DNA of 64,000 nucleotides from an uncultured Chloroflexia bacterium (GTDB lineage: Bacteria; Chloroflexota; Limnocylindria; QHBO01): contig CAWGTN010000002.1 in NCBI GenBank assembly GCA_963825525.1, positions 1,035,829 through 1,099,828 on the forward strand, given 5' to 3'. Positions 27,831-37,948 of this stretch are shown here, piece by piece; the stretch's first letter is position 1, and each line of letters begins with the position of its first letter. Below the pieces are notes generated by a model that did no database searches, had not been told where the DNA came from, and worked only from the letters and a program-made list of their open reading frames with translations. The translations under genes and the position numbers were made by a program.

Positions 27831-28692
27831 CCTCCGGCCGGTCCGAGCTCACGGATTGGCACGCCGTTCACCTCGCTGAGCGAGTGGACACCGAATGCTC
27901 CGTCGAGCGAGCAGGCTGGATCGGGCTCGTTCGCCCAATTTGCACCTTCCCCGAGACCATACTCACCGCCGCCGAATCTCACATGGTCTCCGTGACGGAG
28001 CTCGATGGCCACGTCGCCGACTGGATCCCAGAACGTGATCGACTCGCGATCGACATTCCAGCGCACCTGGGCGCTGCGGAAGATCATGGTCGCGCCGCTC
28101 ACGCTGACGCACTCGGCGTCGACCCGCAGCAAACCGCCGAATGCCGCCAAGTCCCCGCTGTCGGCCTCCGCCTCGACGACGGCAAGCGGACCCCACGGGC
28201 CATCTCCGAACTCCGGCACCGGGCGGACAGGGACCGGTGGCAAACGCTCGACGCGCTCCTCGATCTCCATCGCCGACATGAGGAGTGACAACCGCTCGAA
28301 CATCGGGTAGCCAGAGGTCTCGATCGCGGCGAGCAAATCGCCCGAGAGCATCGGGCTCAGTGTTTCGGCGAAGTCGGCATACAGGCATTCGCCACCCAGG
28401 CCGGCAGTGAACACGTGGTCAACGGTGATCCCCGCGAGTGACTCGGTCGATCGTTCGATGAGGTCATGAGCTGCGCCCGCGGAGCCCGCGGTCGCAATCC
28501 GAGGAATCCAGGCGTCCGATGAGCTCGCGCGAGAATTCCGCCGCAACTTCGTCGCATGTCGTTCCCACAAAGCCCGGCGCGATGGCTGATCATCGGGGCT
28601 TCAGTCCCCACCGTGGAGGGCGTCGGGGCATCGGCGGCGCAGGCGCTCACGAGGAGCACGATTCCCAAGATTCCCCAGCTAGCGCGCCGCAC
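27827..28692 (-). CDS. Hypothetical protein, probably a lipoprotein whose signal-peptide-encoding 5' end is in a different frame (possible frameshift near 28585)
   Basis: ORF 27827..28570 has no family. The overlapping ORF 28357..28692 begins MRRASWGILGIVLLVSACAADAPTPS (signal peptide plus lipobox) and then reads as non-protein-like sequence. It is likely a single gene with an indel. Confidence 0.4.
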
Positions 28693-28724
28693 GGCAGCAG
28701 TGTACTGGCGCTGATGAGGGGAGC

Positions 28725-28800
28725 TGGTCGGGGCGAGAGGACTCGAACCTCCGACCTCGTCGTCCCGAACGACGCGCGCTACCTACTGCGCCACGCCCCG
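28725..28800 (-). tRNA. tRNA-Pro (anticodon CGG)
   Basis: The minus-strand sequence CGGGGCGTGGCGCAGTAGGTAGCGCGCGTCGTTCGGGACGACGAGGTCGGAGGTTCGAGTCCTCTCGCCCCGACCA has a 7-bp acceptor stem and a D arm. The anticodon loop is TTCGGGA (CGG). There is a T arm GGAGG/TTCGAGT/CCTCT and an encoded CCA. Confidence 0.85.
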
Positions 28801-29021
28801 ACCGAAGAGTCGCATCCTAGCAGGCGGGCCGTGGGGGGTCCAACGTACCCACTGGCCGGCGGACACGGAAATGTCCCGAAGGAACCGTGGCGACCGTTGA
28901 TGTGATCTCGGACCGCCGACTGCCCCTTCGGGACGACATCATCATGGCGCCCGACCTGGCGCGTGATCAATCCCCTTTGTCCACGAGATCGAGCGGCCGA
29001 TCAGGACTTATCCACACCCCA

Positions 29022-30635
29022 TCAAGATCCGCCTGACGTCGGCAGCTCGACCAGGCGAGCGTCCAGGATGCCGTCGATGTCGCGAATCTGCCGGAGGACG
29101 GCATCGGTGACCGGATCGTCGACCGAGACGAACATCATCGCCTCGCCGCGCTCGGACATGCGTGACAGCTCGAGCGAGCTGATGTTGATCTCCGCATCGG
29201 CCAGGAGGGTGCCCACCGATCCGACGATGCCGGGCTTGTCGCGGTGCCGGGTCATGAGCATGAGGCCGATGAGCTCGGCATCGATGGCGAAGCCGTCGAG
29301 TCCCGCGAGGTGTGGCCGGCCGTGGGCGGTGGACCCGGCGAGGGTGAGGATCGGCTCGCCGTCCGCCGGCCCGATCGAGAGCGCGACGAGCGATGCCCAC
29401 GGCTCCGACGCGGCGGTTCGCTCCTCGCGGATCGTCATCCCTCGCTCGTGGGCCACCAGGTCGGCATTCACCGCGTTCACGCGCTGATCGGTGACGGCCT
29501 CCAGGATGCCGGCAATCGCCGCCGTCCGGATCGGGGCGCAGTCGCCCGCGGCGATCTCGCCGGCATACGAAAGGGACAGCGTGTCGAATGCGCCCGGGGC
29601 GAGCTGGCGCGCCAGGAGCGCGAGCCGCCGGCCGAGCTCGACGTACGGGCGCAGCTTCTGCCCCGACTCCGGGGCCAGGGCCGGAGCGTTCACCGCGTGC
29701 GGTGGCGTCACGCCGGCCAGTGCCATGAGCACCTGCTCGGCCATCTCGGTGCCGACCCGGTCCTGTGCCTCGGCCGTCGACGCGCCGAGGTGGGGCGTCA
29801 GGATGACGTTGGGAGCCGAGCGCAGCGGGTTGTCCTGGGCCATCGGCTCCGAGGTGAAGACGTCCACGGCAGCCCCGGCCAGGTGTCCGGACGCCAGCGC
29901 GTCGGCCAGGGCCGCCTCGTCGATGATCCCGCCGCGCGCCACGTTGAGCACGAATGCCCCCGGCTTGGTGGCCTCCAGCTGCGCCCTCCCCAGCAGCCCC
30001 CGGGTGTGGGTCGACAGCGGCGTGTGGACGGTGATGACGTCCGAGCGATGCAGCAGCTCGGCCATCCCGACCAGTCGTGCGCCGGCCTCGCCGACCTGGT
30101 CCTCGGTCAGGTACGGGTCGCTGGCGATCACCTTCATCTCGAACCCGAGCGCACGCCGCGCAACCGCCTTGCCGATCTTCCCGAGCCCCACGATGCCGAG
30201 CGTCTTGCCGCGCAGCTCGCGCCCGGTATGCGCGCCACGCTCCCACTCCCCGCGTCGCAGTGACGCATCCGCGGCCGGGATGCGCCGCAGGAGCGCGAGC
30301 ATCAGCGCCATGGTGTGCTCGGCGGCCGCGACCGTGTTGCCGGTGGGCGCGTTGACCACCATGACGCCGGCCCGCGTCGCCGCGTCCACGTCGATGCGGT
30401 CGATGCCGACGCTGGCCACGCCGACCACGCTCAATCGCGGCGCCGCCGCCGCCAGGAGCTCCGCGTCGACGCGGGTCTGCGACCGCACGATGAGCGCGTC
30501 CCAGCCGCCGCCCTCCGACAGCGCGCTCAGCAGGGCGTCGCGCTCGAGGCCGGGACGCAGCACGGTCTCGTGGGCGGCCCGGATCAGCTCGATTCCGGGG
30601 TCCGCCACCGGCTCGACGACGAGGATGCGTGCCAT
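29022..30635 (-). CDS. serA: D-3-phosphoglycerate dehydrogenase with C-terminal ACT domain
   Basis: The 537-aa protein has a D-isomer 2-hydroxyacid dehydrogenase core (GKTLGIVGLGKIGKAVA...) plus ASB and ACT domains. Confidence 0.9.
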   Translation of the reverse strand: MARILVVEPVADPGIELIRAAHETVLRPGLERDALLSALSEGGGWDALIVRSQTRVDAELLAAAAPRLSVVGVASVGIDRIDVDAATRAGVMVVNAPTGNTVAAAEHTMALMLALLRRIPAADASLRRGEWERGAHTGRELRGKTLGIVGLGKIGKAVARRALGFEMKVIASDPYLTEDQVGEAGARLVGMAELLHRSDVITVHTPLSTHTRGLLGRAQLEATKPGAFVLNVARGGIIDEAALADALASGHLAGAAVDVFTSEPMAQDNPLRSAPNVILTPHLGASTAEAQDRVGTEMAEQVLMALAGVTPPHAVNAPALAPESGQKLRPYVELGRRLALLARQLAPGAFDTLSLSYAGEIAAGDCAPIRTAAIAGILEAVTDQRVNAVNADLVAHERGMTIREERTAASEPWASLVALSIGPADGEPILTLAGSTAHGRPHLAGLDGFAIDAELIGLMLMTRHRDKPGIVGSVGTLLADAEINISSLELSRMSERGEAMMFVSVDDPVTDAVLRQIRDIDGILDARLVELPTSGGS

Positions 30636-30644
30636 GCCGCGAGT

Positions 30645-31553
30645 CTAGCGGGGGTCGGAGTGGTGACTCCGACCAGCGAGCTTCGCGAGTCCCGCGGAGA
30701 GACTCACGGACGGCTCCCAGCCGAGATCACGGCGAATCGCGTCCACGCGCAGGACGGACGACCGAACGTCGCCCGGCCGGCGTGCGGTGCGTGCGACGTC
30801 GAGCGTGACTCCGTACGCCGCCTCCACCGCGGTTACCAGCTGGTTGATCGTGGTGGCGACGCCGCTCGCGACGTTCCACGTTCCGGAGTCAGACGAGAGA
30901 AGCATCGCTTCCAGCGCGCCCACAACGTCGTCGACGTGAACGAAGTCGCGAACCTGCTCCCCGTCGCCGTGCACGGTGATCGGTGCTCCCTGGCTGGCGG
31001 CGCGGCAGAAGATCGCGATGACCCCGCCCTCGAGATCTGCGCGTTGCCCGGCACCGAACGCATTGGAGAGCCGCGCGACGGCGTGCGACATGCCGCTCAG
31101 GCGCACATATCCCTCGGCCGCGAGCTTGTGGATTCCGTAGTAGCTCTCCGGCGCTGAAGTCGTGCTCTCGTCAGCGCCAGTCGTGTCCCCGTAGATGGCG
31201 CCGCCGCTGGAGATGAACACGAGCCGTTGTGCCTTGGCCCGCCGAGCACCCTCGATGACGTGCGCGGTTCCGATGAGGTTCACCGCACGGTCGGCCGCAG
31301 GATCTTCCATCGACCTGTGGACACTGACCTGGGCCGCCGCATGGACGATGTGCGTCGGCCGGAGCTCGGCGATCGCCGTGACCGTATCGGCGGAGGTGAT
31401 GTCCTGGCGCACGAGCCGCACCTCCGACGGGAGCCGTTCTCCTTCGCCGGAGCTCAGGTCATCGATGACGACAACCTCGGTGCCCTGCTCACACAGCCGA
31501 TGCACGAGGTGCGACCCGATGAACCCGGCACCGCCGGTCACGAGGACCTTCAT
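30645..31553 (-). CDS. NAD-dependent epimerase/dehydratase (UDP-hexose 4-epimerase-like SDR)
   Basis: The N-terminus MKVLVTGGAGFIGSHLVHRL... has a YxxxK SDR core. Start is taken at MKVLV. Confidence 0.8.
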   Translation of the reverse strand: MKVLVTGGAGFIGSHLVHRLCEQGTEVVVIDDLSSGEGERLPSEVRLVRQDITSADTVTAIAELRPTHIVHAAAQVSVHRSMEDPAADRAVNLIGTAHVIEGARRAKAQRLVFISSGGAIYGDTTGADESTTSAPESYYGIHKLAAEGYVRLSGMSHAVARLSNAFGAGQRADLEGGVIAIFCRAASQGAPITVHGDGEQVRDFVHVDDVVGALEAMLLSSDSGTWNVASGVATTINQLVTAVEAAYGVTLDVARTARRPGDVRSSVLRVDAIRRDLGWEPSVSLSAGLAKLAGRSHHSDPR

Positions 31554-31741
31554 CGCGCCGCCCGCGATCGGTGACGCGGCGCGCAGCGCGTTTGGATCGG
31601 CGAGGAGGGGAGGTGCATGGCCGAAGTCTAACGCGTGCCCACGCGCGGTCGGAGGTGTCACAATCGGTCAATGCATGGATCCACGCGGGCACTCGTGGAC
31701 GTCGCACAACAAGGGTGGGCTCGGATTTGATCCGACGGCAC

Positions 31742-33136
31742 ATGATGGCCCTGCGCCTCGGGCTGATGGTCGGTGACGCGGCAAGCGCGATTCTCGTGTT
31801 CCTGGCCGTCTCAGCTCTTCGCTTCCGTGACGGGGACTCCGGCCAGCTGTGGCAGGCGCTGGGCATCGACATCCGATTCGCTGCGGCCAGCTTCGCACTG
31901 ACCTGGGTCGCGGTGCTGTGGATGTCCGGCCTGTACCGTCTCAGCGTTCGCTGGCGCCTGTGGACCGAGGTGCGCGACATCGCTCGCGCGACACTGCTGG
32001 TCATCGCATTGACCCTGTCGTTCCTGTTCCTGGTCAAGCAGGACGACGTCAGCCGCCTCTTCCTCGCATTTTTGTTCATCGCGCAGCCGTCGGTCACCCT
32101 GCTGGGTCGGATCGCCCTCCGCGGCGTCTTCGAGGCACTCCGCAGCCAAGGCCGTGACCCCCGCTACATGCTCATCGCCGGGACCGGGACGTTCGCCCAG
32201 GAGTTTGCCGATCGGGTCGAGAGCCACCCGGGGCTCGGGTTGAACGTCATCGGGCATCTCGTCGCCCCCGAGGAACGCGAGTGGGCGGTCACCCGCCCGA
32301 TCCTGGGTTCCGTCGAGGACATCGAGGACATCCTCCACTCGCGCGTGGTTGACGAGGTCGCCGTCTGTCTGCCACCCGTGGCGGCTCACTTCCTGGAGCC
32401 GATCACGGGCGTGGCTGCCGGTGAGGGCAAGACCGTCCGCGTCGCGGTCGACCCCGTCGAAGAGGTCCTCCCCGGTGCGGTCCAGGAGGAGTTCGACGGC
32501 TTCCTGGTGCGGTCGCTCATCCACGATGGTCAACGCGAAGTCGGGCTCGTCGTCAAGCGGGTCATCGACATCGTGGGTGCCGCAGTGGGACTCGTCGTGC
32601 TGAGCCCGGTCCTTGTCGCGACCGCGCTGGCCGTTCGCATCTCCGATGGCTCGCCCATCATGTTCCGGCAGACGCGCGTCGGGCTCCAGGGTCGGCCGTT
32701 CACCATCTATAAGTTCCGCACCATGGTGGTCGGCGCGGAGGATCGGCTGGGGGAGGTTCGCCACCTGAACGAGCGGAGCGGGGCGGCGTTCAAGGCAGCC
32801 GACGACCCGCGCATGACCAGCATCGGGCGATGGTTGCGCAAGACGTCCGTCGACGAGCTACCGCAGCTGTGGAACGTGCTCACCGGCTCGATGAGCCTCG
32901 TGGGTCCGCGGCCGCCGCTGCCGGACGAGGTCGCCGAGTACGACGTGTGGCATCGGCGCCGGCTCAGCATGAAGCCCGGCATCACCGGCCTGTGGCAGGT
33001 CGAAGCCCGCCACGAGCCCGACTTTGACCGCTGGGTCGAGCACGACCTGATCTACATCGATGGCTGGTCCATCTGGCTCGACCTGAAGATCCTGGCGAAG
33101 ACCATCCCCGCACTCGTGATGCACGGCGGCCACTGA
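31742..33136 (+). CDS. Polyprenyl-phosphate glycosyl-1-phosphate transferase (bacterial sugar transferase, WbaP/CpsE-type priming enzyme)
   Basis: The C-terminal catalytic domain KRVIDIVGAAVGLVVLSPVLV...PIMFRQTRVGLQGRPFTIYKFRTM...DELPQLWNVLTGSMSLVGPRP follows N-terminal TM helices. Confidence 0.8.
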   Translation: MMALRLGLMVGDAASAILVFLAVSALRFRDGDSGQLWQALGIDIRFAAASFALTWVAVLWMSGLYRLSVRWRLWTEVRDIARATLLVIALTLSFLFLVKQDDVSRLFLAFLFIAQPSVTLLGRIALRGVFEALRSQGRDPRYMLIAGTGTFAQEFADRVESHPGLGLNVIGHLVAPEEREWAVTRPILGSVEDIEDILHSRVVDEVAVCLPPVAAHFLEPITGVAAGEGKTVRVAVDPVEEVLPGAVQEEFDGFLVRSLIHDGQREVGLVVKRVIDIVGAAVGLVVLSPVLVATALAVRISDGSPIMFRQTRVGLQGRPFTIYKFRTMVVGAEDRLGEVRHLNERSGAAFKAADDPRMTSIGRWLRKTSVDELPQLWNVLTGSMSLVGPRPPLPDEVAEYDVWHRRRLSMKPGITGLWQVEARHEPDFDRWVEHDLIYIDGWSIWLDLKILAKTIPALVMHGGH

Positions 33137-33139
33137 GGG

Positions 33140-34366
33140 TCACTCACCACCGGCGCTCGGCGCCGCCCCACCCGTCGGATCGTACCGGTATGCCGTGCGA
33201 CTCAGGAGGAGCCCGTACACCAGGTGGCTCCCCGCCATGCCGAGCGCAATGCCGGTGATACCGAGCAGCGAGCCCCCGACCACCATCAGGAGAACCGAGA
33301 CTGCGGCGGCTGCCAGCTGGGCTGCCAGATACCGCCACTGACCGCCCATCACGTTCAGGTAGTTGCCGTACCCGGTGAGGAGAGCGAGGAGCACGTAGCC
33401 GATGCTCAGGATCACGACGGCCGCCCGCGCCGCCTCGTAGTCGGGCAGGAGGATAGGGATCGCCATGACCGAGAACAGCACGAGCCCCAGCGCGATCGGG
33501 GCCACGACTGCCGCGGCCACGAGGCCCTGCCGCCTCGCCATGGACAGGAGCTCCGCGCGGCCAGCTCCGTGCCCGAGCGCCATCGCCATGCGCGGGTACG
33601 TCTGCTGTGACACGACGCCGGGGATCACGAGCATCGCCGTCGCGATGAGACTCGCCAGCGCATACGGCGCGGCGTCCACCAGGCCCAGGAGGGTGATCGC
33701 CATCCAGCGGTCGAGCGTCACGAAAATGCTGAACACGAGTCCGGCAACCATGATCGGGAAGCCGATGGACGCGAGTCGAGTCAGGTCCTGGGTCGTCCAT
33801 CCGCCCCACTGGCGCGGAGCCGTCCCGAACATGCCCGCGCCCATCGCGATCACCGTCGGCGCGGCGTAGAGCAATGCTGCGCCCACGAGATCGTCCGCGA
33901 TCCCGACCCACAGGATCAGCGTGGAGACGGCCATGAGGACGCCGAAGAGCGCCTGCTGAGCCGCAGCTGCGCCGAACCGGAGCGTGGAACGGAGGATGAA
34001 CTGCTGGATGCCGACAACGATCGTGGCCGGCACCAGGAGCGCCATTGCCACCCCGAGCGATGCCGCGGACGGCGCCAGAAGGACCACCATGAGCGCCGCG
34101 AACAGCACGGCGGCTACTGCGGCAAGCGTCGCAAACCACGTCGCGGCGATCCCTCGATCCGCATCGCTGCTGCGGCCGCTGGCGATGAGAATGGGCAGCT
34201 CGCGGCTGAGCCCATTGCTCACGCCGAGGAGGAGTGAGGGCGCGTACACGAGCACCGAGATCACCAGCACCCACGACGTGAAGTCCGCCGGCTCGAGAGC
34301 TCGTGCCGCGGCGAGCGAGAAGGCGAAGCGGGCACCCTGGTAGATGACGGTCGACGTCGTGAGCAT
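33140..34366 (-). CDS. Wzx-like oligosaccharide flippase (MOP/polysaccharide biosynthesis protein family)
   Basis: About 12 TM helices are predicted. The architecture is typical of polysaccharide-biosynthesis and MATE-like flippases. Confidence 0.65.
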   Translation of the reverse strand: MLTTSTVIYQGARFAFSLAAARALEPADFTSWVLVISVLVYAPSLLLGVSNGLSRELPILIASGRSSDADRGIAATWFATLAAVAAVLFAALMVVLLAPSAASLGVAMALLVPATIVVGIQQFILRSTLRFGAAAAQQALFGVLMAVSTLILWVGIADDLVGAALLYAAPTVIAMGAGMFGTAPRQWGGWTTQDLTRLASIGFPIMVAGLVFSIFVTLDRWMAITLLGLVDAAPYALASLIATAMLVIPGVVSQQTYPRMAMALGHGAGRAELLSMARRQGLVAAAVVAPIALGLVLFSVMAIPILLPDYEAARAAVVILSIGYVLLALLTGYGNYLNVMGGQWRYLAAQLAAAAVSVLLMVVGGSLLGITGIALGMAGSHLVYGLLLSRTAYRYDPTGGAAPSAGGE

Positions 34367-34440
34367 CGCGAATTCGCGTGGCCTGAAGGACCGGAGATCT
34401 GGTCGCGGTGATTCGCGGACGACTTCGGGTCGCGCGGACC

Positions 34441-35505
34441 TCATTCGGGCTCGATCATGTCCCAGGTCAGCGGCGTCCCGCGCGATACGTCGCGCTCAGC
34501 CGTGCGTCCGATCACCTCGTCGAGGTGGCGTGTGTGGAGGCCATGCCCCGGGCGGATGCTGCGGACATTCTCAGGGGTGAAGCTTTCGCCTGCGGCAACG
34601 TCCTCAACGATGAACAGAGAACGTCGCAGCGCTCGGTTACCGAGCTCGCGCTCCGTGGGCGTGTAACTCACCTCGCCCAGGGCCTGCTCAGCGACGCGGA
34701 TCTGGCTGACCATCTCGGCGAACTCATGGGGTTCAAGTGAGAATCCGCTGTCCGGTCCGCCATCGCTGCGGCGCAGGGTGAAGTGCTTCTCCACGATGGC
34801 TGCCCCCCTCGCCACGGCGGCCACCGGAACGGCGATTCCCATGGTGTGGTCGGAAAGGCCAACCGGAACGTCGAACGCGTCGGCCATGTGCGGAATGGTG
34901 TTGAGGTTGACCTCGCTCGGGGGCGCCGGGTAGGCACTGGTGCACTTGAGAAGTGCAATCTCGGCGGCTCCCGCCTCCCGAGCCGCACTGAGCGCTTCCG
35001 CGATCTCTTCGAAGCTCGCCATGCCGGTCGAGATGATCACCGGCTTCCCGGTGGACGCGACCCGCTTGATGAGGCCCATGTCGACGATCTCGTTGGATGC
35101 AATCTTGTATGCCGGGACGTCGAGCGTCTCGAGGAGGGCGACTGCGCTGTCGTCGAACGGGGACGAGAAGAACTGGATCTCGCTGATCGCAGCCTGGCGT
35201 GCGAGCTCGGGGAACCAATCCCACGGCGTGAATGCTTCCCGGTAGAGGTCGTAGAGCATGCGGCCATCCCAGACGGTGCCGGCGGCAATCCGAAACTCCG
35301 GCCGGTCGGAGTCGATCGTGATCGTGTCGGCCGTGTAGGTCTGAAACTTCACCGCGTCCGCGCCCGCGCGCGCCGCCTCGTGAATCATCGCCACCGCGCG
35401 CTCGAGCTCCTGGTTGTGGTTGGCAGAGATCTCGGCGATGACGTAGGTCGGTGAACCGGGCCCGATGAGCCGGTTTCCGATGCGAATGTGGCGAGAATTG
35501 CCCAT
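34441..35505 (-). CDS. pseI: Pseudaminic acid synthase-like (NeuB/PseI family nonulosonic acid synthase)
   Basis: The translation IGPGSPTYVIAEISANHNQELERAVAMIHEAARAGADAVKFQTY...KIASNEIVDMGLIKRVASTGKPVIISTGMA matches NeuB-family synthases. It lies beside pseF, pseG, pseC and pseB homologues. Confidence 0.8.
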   Translation of the reverse strand: MGNSRHIRIGNRLIGPGSPTYVIAEISANHNQELERAVAMIHEAARAGADAVKFQTYTADTITIDSDRPEFRIAAGTVWDGRMLYDLYREAFTPWDWFPELARQAAISEIQFFSSPFDDSAVALLETLDVPAYKIASNEIVDMGLIKRVASTGKPVIISTGMASFEEIAEALSAAREAGAAEIALLKCTSAYPAPPSEVNLNTIPHMADAFDVPVGLSDHTMGIAVPVAAVARGAAIVEKHFTLRRSDGGPDSGFSLEPHEFAEMVSQIRVAEQALGEVSYTPTERELGNRALRRSLFIVEDVAAGESFTPENVRSIRPGHGLHTRHLDEVIGRTAERDVSRGTPLTWDMIEPE

Positions 35506-35550
35506 GCCTGCGACCATACCACCGTGCCATCTCGCACCGCAGACCCGACC

Positions 35551-36300
35551 GTGACGACGAGACCGTCACCTCCGCTGGCAGTGATCGTCCAGGCTCGGAT
35601 GGGCTCCACTCGACTGCCCGGCAAGGTCCTGCGCGAGGTTGACGGTCGGCCCCTGCTCGATGTCCTTCTTGAACGGCTCGAGCGTGTCGCAACGCCGCAC
35701 GTGACGGTTGTCGCCACCACCACCCTCGCCGAGGACGACCCGATCGAGCGCCTCTGCACGAAGCGTGGAGTCCTGACCTACCGAGGAAGCTCCGATGACG
35801 TGCTGGATCGGTACCAGCGAGCGGCGGCGGAAGTCGGCGCACAGGTCATCGTCCGCGTCACCGGGGACTGCCCGATCATCGACCCCGACATCATCGACAG
35901 GGTGATCAATCTCTTCGCTGCTGATGACTGCGACTACGCGTCGAATACGCTGGAGCGGACATTTCCTCGTGGGCTGGATGTCGAGGTCTGCTCGCGCAGC
36001 GCACTCGACGAGGCGGCGGCCGAAGCGCGCGCGCCCTTCGAGCGGGAACACGTCACGCCCTTTCTCTACGGCCACCCCGAACGGTTCCGGCTCTGCAACC
36101 TTGCGAACGATCGTGATGAGGGCAACGAGCGTTGGACGGTCGACACGGCCGAGGACTTCGACCTGATTGCTCGGATCATTCGAGCGCTTCCCCCGGCTCC
36201 CCTCGAGTCGGGCCTCGACACCGTCCGGGCGCTCCTCGACGCGCACCCGGAGTGGCGGCAGATCAACGCTCACGTCGGCCAGAAGAGGCTGGGAGATTGA
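35551..36300 (+). CDS. pseF: Acylneuraminate cytidylyltransferase-family enzyme (PseF-like CMP-nonulosonate synthetase)
   Basis: The translation LAVIVQARMGSTRLPGKVL...RGSSDDVLDRY...DCPIIDP is typical of SpsF/PseF cytidylyltransferases. The GTG start is uncertain (35551 or 35581). Confidence 0.7.
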   Translation: MTTRPSPPLAVIVQARMGSTRLPGKVLREVDGRPLLDVLLERLERVATPHVTVVATTTLAEDDPIERLCTKRGVLTYRGSSDDVLDRYQRAAAEVGAQVIVRVTGDCPIIDPDIIDRVINLFAADDCDYASNTLERTFPRGLDVEVCSRSALDEAAAEARAPFEREHVTPFLYGHPERFRLCNLANDRDEGNERWTVDTAEDFDLIARIIRALPPAPLESGLDTVRALLDAHPEWRQINAHVGQKRLGD

Positions 36301-36988
36301 TCAGGAGCTGAGCAACAGCTCCGCGATGGTCGAGAACGGATCGGCGTACCGATCGGCCTCGACCTCGATGCTGTCGGGAAGAATCGGAAACGTCGCCGAA
36401 GGCGCACGGACTCGAATCGTTGCCATGCCGGCGGTCCGGGCGCCACCGAAGTCCTTGTACGGATCGTTCCCGACGTAGGTGATGTGCGAGGGGGCGATCC
36501 CCAGCAGCTCCGCCGCCACGCGATAGGGCGCGGGGGACGGCTTTGCCATCTCGATCGGCAGCTCCCCCACGATCACGATGGCGTCAAAGTCCAGCCCGAG
36601 AGCCGGAGCCAGGGCCGCGAGCTTCCGACGCTGCACGCTGGGCGATCCGTCGGTGAGGACTCCCATGCGGAACTCGGCCGCAGCGAGTTCCTGCAGGATG
36701 GCCGGCACATCGGGATACGGCGTCGAGGGTCGGAACATGCGACCGGTAGAGGTAGAGCATGGTCGGCAACGTCTCGGGCCCGGCCGCCAGGTTCAGCTCC
36801 TCGAGCAGGAGGTCAAACACCCTGCCCCGGCCTTGCTCATGCAGAAGGGTCCACATCCGGGACGCTGCAGCCGTTCCGTCGACGCCGTGGCGGCGCTCGA
36901 GATACTCGGCAACTGCGGCAAATCCTCCTCGGACGAAGTCCAGCTCCGGATAGAGCGTGTCGTCGAGGTCGAAGACGACGGCCCTCAT
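36301..36988 (-). CDS. HAD-superfamily hydrolase, with a 1-bp frameshift near 36740 in this sequence
   Basis: The N-terminus MRAVVFDLDDTLYPE (HAD motif I) sits in the ORF 36584..37306 frame. The C-terminal half GVLTDGSPSVQRRKL...YVGNDPYKDFGGARTAGMATI is in the ORF 36301..36738 frame. The start overlaps the upstream gene as ATGA. Confidence 0.6.
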
Positions 36989-37948
36989 CGCTGCTTCACC
37001 AGCTGATCCGAGGGCAGGAACACGTCGTCGGTATGGCGGAGCATGACCAATCCATCCGTGATCGTCCGCGCGTCGTGCAGCACGTCGTGGCCGCGGACAA
37101 GGCGGACGAGGTACTCCGGGGTCGGTGCGCCCGCGGCCCAGCCGAGCGCTGCCGCACCACCGAACCGTGGGTTGACCTCGATCGCGAGAACTCCCGCATC
37201 CGAGACGAAGGCCTGGATCGTGACGTGGCCGCGGAACGACAGGACCTCGGCCATGCGTCGTGAGACCGACAGGAGGTCCTCTCGCATCTCCACGCGGCCA
37301 ACCCAACTCTCGCCGCTCACCGTGCGGATCCTCTGACGGGAAACGACAGAGACCACATCCCCGTCGAAGTCGGCGAGCAGGTCGATCGTGTACTCGGGCG
37401 CCTCGATGAGGTCCTGCACGACGAACTGATCCCAGGCGCCGCCCGTGGCACGATCGAGCTCTGCACGGTCGCGCACGGCCGCGACACCGATCCCCCCCTT
37501 CCCCGACCTCGGGCGCACGAATGCGGGGAACCTCACGTCGCCAGGGTTGGCATATCGACCCGCCACCCCGATATCGTTCTCGACACAGAAGCCGTGGAAG
37601 GCGAGCTTATCCTGGCAGGTCTCCACGGTGTGAAGGTCCGACACCGCGACGCGGACGCCGAGCCCCTCGAGCCGATTCCGCGCGGCCGCAAATACCGGCA
37701 GCTCCTCGTCACGGGTCGGAACGATGAGATCGATCTGGTGGCGTTCGCAGATCTCGACCATGGCGTCGACGAACGCGGGCGCATCACTTCGGGGCACGAT
37801 CTCGATCATGTCAGCCACGTAGAGGGCGGCCGAAAGGGGATCCACGTCGGCAGCAACGACCTCGCCACCGCCCGTCCGTTCGAGCGCCGCCCTGAATGCA
37901 CGCACCAGGGAAACCTTGTTCGATGCGCTGGTGATGAGAACCCTCACC
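36985..37948 (-). CDS. ATP-grasp domain protein
   Basis: The ATP-grasp core FVRPRSGKGGIGVAAV...QDLIEAPEYTIDLL...LAIEVNPRFGG is present. GTG start at 37948 overlaps the methyltransferase stop. Confidence 0.7.

Noticed and set aside
29008-30648. Three overlapping long ORFs of 339-412 aa (29008..30246 -, 29244..30263 +, 29491..30648 +)
   Set aside because: They are alternative frames or antisense of the well-supported serA gene.
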